DNA of 64,000 bases from the human T2T-CHM13v2.0 reference genome, Homo sapiens: assembly GCF_009914755.1 (NCBI RefSeq), contig NC_060929.1; one strand, 5' to 3'. Numbering within the stretch: the stretch's first letter is position 1; each line of letters begins with the position of its first letter. The translations under genes were made by a program, and so were the position numbers. The notes beneath the pieces are model-generated. The model was not told the DNA's origin and did not search any database. It worked only from the letters and a program-made list of their open reading frames with translations. Of the stretch, positions 56,855 through 64,000 are shown piece after piece.

Positions 56855-57343
56855 ATACCTATTTTTTTTTTTAATGCTTTATAGGAGCATATAAACACAA
56901 ACATTTTCTTTTTGTCTTTCCAAATTCTGTGCTTTATTTAGCCTTTGCTATTAACTGCATTTTGTCAGTTTTCTGCCATTTAATCTACATTACAACCCAG
57001 TGAATTAGAAAGGGCAGATAATTTAATTCCTATGTTTAAAAATCAGAAACTAAAATTTAGATTAAATGTTTTGCTTGGGGCTGCACATCTAATCAAAGGA
57101 AAAGCTGAGACTAGTACTGACTTTTTAACATTGTTCTTGTCAGAACCACACTGAGTAAAAAAGGTAGCTCCTTCATTGTTTCTACATATCACACTTGAAT
57201 TTAACTTCCATGTGAAAAAAACATGTGTATACATTTGACCCAAGTAACTATAAGTTAAGATGAATTCCTGTTCATTTTCTTCATACTCAGTGTGCCTAGG
57301 ATAGCGAGTGTAGAGTAATAAGTAAAATTGTGAAATTGAGCAG

Positions 57344-57711
57344 CGTATTAGTCTGTTTTCACACTGCTATAAAGACATATAATTACTGGGTAATTTATAA
57401 AGAAAAGAGGTTTAATTGGCTCACAGTTCCACATTGCTGGGGAGGCCTCAGGAAACTTACAATCATGGTGGAAGAGGAAGAGGCATGACTTCATGGTGGC
57501 AGGTGAGAGAGACTGAGCAAGAGTAGGGAAAACTGCCTTGTAAAACCACCAGATCTTCTGAGAACTCACTATCACAAGAACAGCATGGGGGTAAAAATAC
57601 CCCTTCATGATTTAACCACCTTCCACCTGGTCCTTCCCTTGATACATGGGAATTATAGGGATTATAATTCCAGATGAGATTTGGGTGGGGACATAGAGCC
57701 AAACCATATTA
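57344..57711 (-). mobile_element. THE1D/MSTA-type solo LTR
   Basis: GTATTAGTCTGTTTTCACACTGCTATAAAGA ... GAGATTTGGGTGGGGACA..AGCCAAACCATAT. Confidence 0.87.
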
Positions 57712-59736
57712 ACAAGGAATGTTCTGAAAGAAAGGAAAATTGTAAGGTGGTGGAATGTTTAGTTATCCAAATCAAAGCAGAGTCTACTTGTAGGCACTTT
57801 ATTTTTAGAAAATAATCACTTCTTATTTATTATCAGCAGGTTTCTACCATAATTCGCAAATGGCAAACACTTCAGAAGTTTATAATAAAAAAAGTGACTT
57901 TTTAGACTAGCTTAATGAGTAGTCTAGCCTTTCTCTTGTAAATGTCAAACTTACATAATTGAGTTTTGCTAGCTTCATAATATTGTTGATGGCATGATAT
58001 GTTGTTTATGCATTCTGTTATTACAAAACATTAAATAGATTTGTCAACAAGTTGTGGCAAACAAATTATAATTTAATCTCTTTGTGAATTTTATTATGTG
58101 GAGGAGGAAAAATTGGATGTTTTCCTCCTTGTTGATTGACATGTAGAACACTCATGCCCTGCTCCAATGCCTGTCATCATTTAAAGAAAAAAGAAAAAAA
58201 GCACACAAAACAAAGATAGGATACTGTGTCTGTTGAATGAAAAATAAGAATTTTTTCATTCTGTGTACTTCACGTTAATTTTAAGAGCATATGCATTTAT
58301 TTAAAAGTTAAGAAAGTATATTAGTGATCTAAGATATTTCGAAGTAAATAGAATTGTATTAGGTTATTTTTTGCAATAATTTTGTTAAGTAAAAGGAATT
58401 TTAAAATTTTTATTTGTAACATTGGTTTTTATATGGTATTAACATTTCTGAAATTGACTTATGTATCCTGTATAGCACCCTAAACATTTATTTTAAAACA
58501 AATCAGTAAAAAGTAACATAGAATCCCTTTCCAAATCATGGTAAGTGAGCATGTTTTTAAAACTCTTTGTTTTTACCTGCAAGGGAAGGAGATAACAGAT
58601 TGATTGATAATGTGCATGCATAAGTATGCCTTATAACCAAATGTAGAAGTGTATGTGAGCTGTGGAGTACTCCTCCCCAAAATCTGTCAAAACATAACCT
58701 GAAATCTGGTTTTAAACCTGAAAGTGGTTTTGAGAATTTATTATTATTATTTTAATACAATAGATTCTGCATTGGATATTTCCAAAGGCAGTAAATATTT
58801 TTGTAATTGTTATTAATGACCATTGGTAAGCTGTTGGTGATTAAATTTTGGCTCTAATGACTTCAGGCTGTTTGTCATATACTATATTTAATAAAGAAAA
58901 AGGTATCTGGGAAATTCTTAACTTCTCTAATGTTATCTTGGAGCATAAAATCTTACTGAGTTGAGTGTTGTATGTTTAGTGAATCATTTTACACCAGCTA
59001 GAAAGACAGATGGGTAGTGTGCAGTTTAAATATCTGTGCAAATGAGAGGACAGATGGGTGGTTTAAATGGTTTAAATGTCTCAATGAAAATGTGTAGAGA
59101 GATTGTCTTCTGAAGTTAGACTAAAAAATTCAGGGAATTAATTAGGAATAATAGTTAATATAACAAAATAAAATTTTTAAATAAGAGGCAAAATATGGAA
59201 TTCAGTGAATTGATTATACCTTTTGAACTGACAGTAAAAAGTAACATCTTAGAACACAGTACTCAAATACACTTGCATGGTAACTGCCTGTTTTGTTTTC
59301 TTATTATGAACATGTGGACTGTGGAAAGTGTCTTTATTACTTGGAATTAACTTATCTGGTTAATTGTACCTGACCTTTTGAACTGTTGTCAGAATTAATT
59401 TGTTCAATTTCAAGTAGTTAACAGAAACTTAAACTAGCTTAAAAATGGTGAGTAAAAAAAAAAACCAGACTAAAAACCAAAAACCTTGAAATGGGCCTCA
59501 GAAAAGGCAGCTTCTGTAGCAGGAGTTAGTGAACTTTTACTCTTATTCAGGAATTAATATGACTTAGCTTCTAGCCAAAATATTGGTTCCTATATTGTCA
59601 GGTATGTACCTTAGATCTTGGATGTCAGCTCCATGTAGGAGCCTCCTCCTAACTTGTGTGGGTGGGGACAAAAAGGGGTGATCACTTTTAGATGGAAGGC
59701 TGTGGGCTGGCCATAGATATGTCAGTTGCACTGACC

Positions 59737-60032
59737 TTTTTTTTTGTTTGTTTGACAGAGTCTAGCTCTGTTGCCCAGGCTGGAGTGAAGAGGCTTGATC
59801 TTGGTTCACTGCAACCTCCGCCTCCTGGGTTAAAGTGATTCTCCTGCCTCAGCCTCCCGATTGGCTGGGACCACAGGCATGCACCACCACACCTGGCTAC
59901 TTGTTTTGTATTTTAGTAGAGATGGGGTTTCACTGTGTTGGCCAGGCTGGCCTCGAACTCCTGACCTCAAGTAATCCGCCCGCCTCGGCCTCTGAAAGTG
60001 TTGGGATTACACGTGAGCTGCTGCACCCAGGC
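59737..60032 (-). mobile_element. AluS-like
   Basis: Reverse Alu. TSD ttgca(c/t)tgac. Confidence 0.9.
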
Positions 60033-61153
60033 AATTGCATTGACTTTTGGGGACTTTTAATGAAATATATTCTGTAAGAAGAATGCTAAGTAGTAATATT
60101 CATGGATAAAAATGCTATTGTATTATTCTATGAAAAATTATTAGTAACTGATCATGTGGGAGGATATGTTCCTTAGAACATTAAAAATCATTCATGGTTA
60201 GTATTACTGAAGTTATTTTATTAATTGCTAAGTTAAAAAATTGTGCCAAGTGTCATGCAGAGTGAGATAAATCTTCTCTAGGGATTTATTTTAACTGAGG
60301 CAAAAAATTTACTGATTTCTGATAAACATTAAAAAAATTCAAATAGATTAGAATTTTTGAAAAAATCACTGGGCATACCTCATAGTAAGGAGAATAATCA
60401 TTTTATATTACATTTATATAAACACATATTTGATTATTTACTGGTTCATGACATAAAATATATTATCTTGTGGGTGGTAGTCAAAAAGTTTGAAAAGTAT
60501 TACTTTAGTGATTCAAGTTTTTTTCTTTCTTTCTGATTTTCTTCAGGTGAGAACTAAATTAATGTACTTGCTTCCCTCCTGCCACTCTAGTTTTAGAACA
60601 TGTTTCTCTTCAGCAGTGACAGGGGTTAGAGATACTCAGGTGAAAAGATTATTTTCTTATTAAGAAGTTCTTTATGTTATAAAGTGAAATAGATTATCTG
60701 GGTAACATTTTGTTAAAAACTTGGACAGTTATTAATATCCTCATGTGCAAGAGCCAGTGAATGGACAATGGGTACAGAATTAAACTCTTTAAAAAAATTA
60801 TGTGTTGCTCCATAGAAGTCAGTGGTGATTCTAGTATTTGTGAACTCTAGAATTTATTGATAGTAGAGACATACAAGTCTGCCAGAAGGTTTGTTTCTGT
60901 TTATACGATGTGGATGTAGTTCCTGAGCATCAGAATTGGAGGGATGATGAGAAAGCAAGGGAATTCTATTTCTCATTCTGTTGTTCTTCCTAGGAATGGT
61001 CTGAGGTCTGAAATTGTCCCTCTTTGCAAAAACCCTCACCTTTTCTCTGCTCTTTGCTCTGGGGTACTGAGATTCTTAAATGAGGAATACTCAGATGGTT
61101 GCTGAGCCTAAGCAGAATGGCAACAGAAGGGAGCCTGCCGTCAAAAATTCTCA

Positions 61154-63307
<2,154 letters not shown>

Positions 63308-63559
63308 AAGATCTGTTTCTGGGGAGAGGATTTATTTGGAGGACTTCTTTGGAAAGGGCAGAAAGTAGTAAATATCTTGAACAGTTTATTTTCTGAGTCT
63401 ACAATGACAAGAAATATTTGTGTAATTTGCATCAAAAGTTTAAGATCTGCTTAAAATTTTCATTTCTTTATATCTTCATTTGCTTATATTGGCAATCTGT
63501 AAATGTTTTCTAAATGACTAGTAAAGGAACCATAAAATGTTTTTAACTCATAACATTAT

Positions 63560-63890
63560 CAGTATCTCTCAGACTTCTTCCACATGAAGTCTAAATTTCT
63601 CTGCTTGATTTTCAAGTCATTCAGCACCTAGAACTGCACTACCTAAGGAGACCTATTTCTTCAACTTTCTCAAAACTTGCTGTCTGTAGACAAGCTTATC
63701 TCTATGTAACTTTGTTCTTTCCATGTATTCACTCAATATTGCAGTTCACAAGGCTCTATTTCAAGGACTGTTTTGCCAAATACTGAATTCCCAATGTTTA
63801 GCACAGTTCCTAGTAGCGTTCAGCTAATAATATTCATTGAATGAAAGGAAGGAAGGAATGAAGGGAAAAAAGGAAGGTGAGAGGAAGGAA
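63560..63890 (+). mobile_element. L2 3' remnant with (GGAA)n-like tail
   Basis: ttagcacagttcctag...aataatattcattgaatgaa followed by GGAA repeats. Confidence 0.65.
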
Positions 63891-64000
63891 CTATCTGTTC
63901 TTATCTTTTTTATGCTTCCCCAGATATGTCCCATATTTTAAGGTTTGTCTTCTCCACAAAGCCTCCTCTGACTACCCTTGTCTTTGTTGATATCTCAAAC

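Overview
This is primate (most likely human) genomic DNA from inside the FER non-receptor tyrosine kinase gene on the + strand; it is not prokaryotic. Only two coding exons are present: 29383-29556 (174 nt) and 32325-32424 (100 nt), both encoding part of the N-terminal F-BAR domain. The rest is intron dominated by nested transposable elements. These include old antisense L1s, a full LTR-internal-LTR THE1C element, solo LTRs (MLT2, MER41, MST/MLT1, MER11, THE1), about 25 Alus, L2, MER82, MADE1 and a Tc2/pogo transposase fossil. Almost all ORFs in the track are repeat-derived or spurious. I see no convincing novel biological system. The best observations are retrotransposition 'fossils' readable from target-site duplications (TSDs): an L1PA with both a twin-priming 5' inversion and a 3' transduction, an L1PB with an atypical internal inversion, a ~113-bp monomer array in an L1 5' end, and a tiny orphan poly(A) insertion. 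There are also several testable splicing hypotheses for FER. Repeat subfamily names are from recall of consensus sequences, not from a RepeatMasker run, and boundaries without a TSD are approximate.
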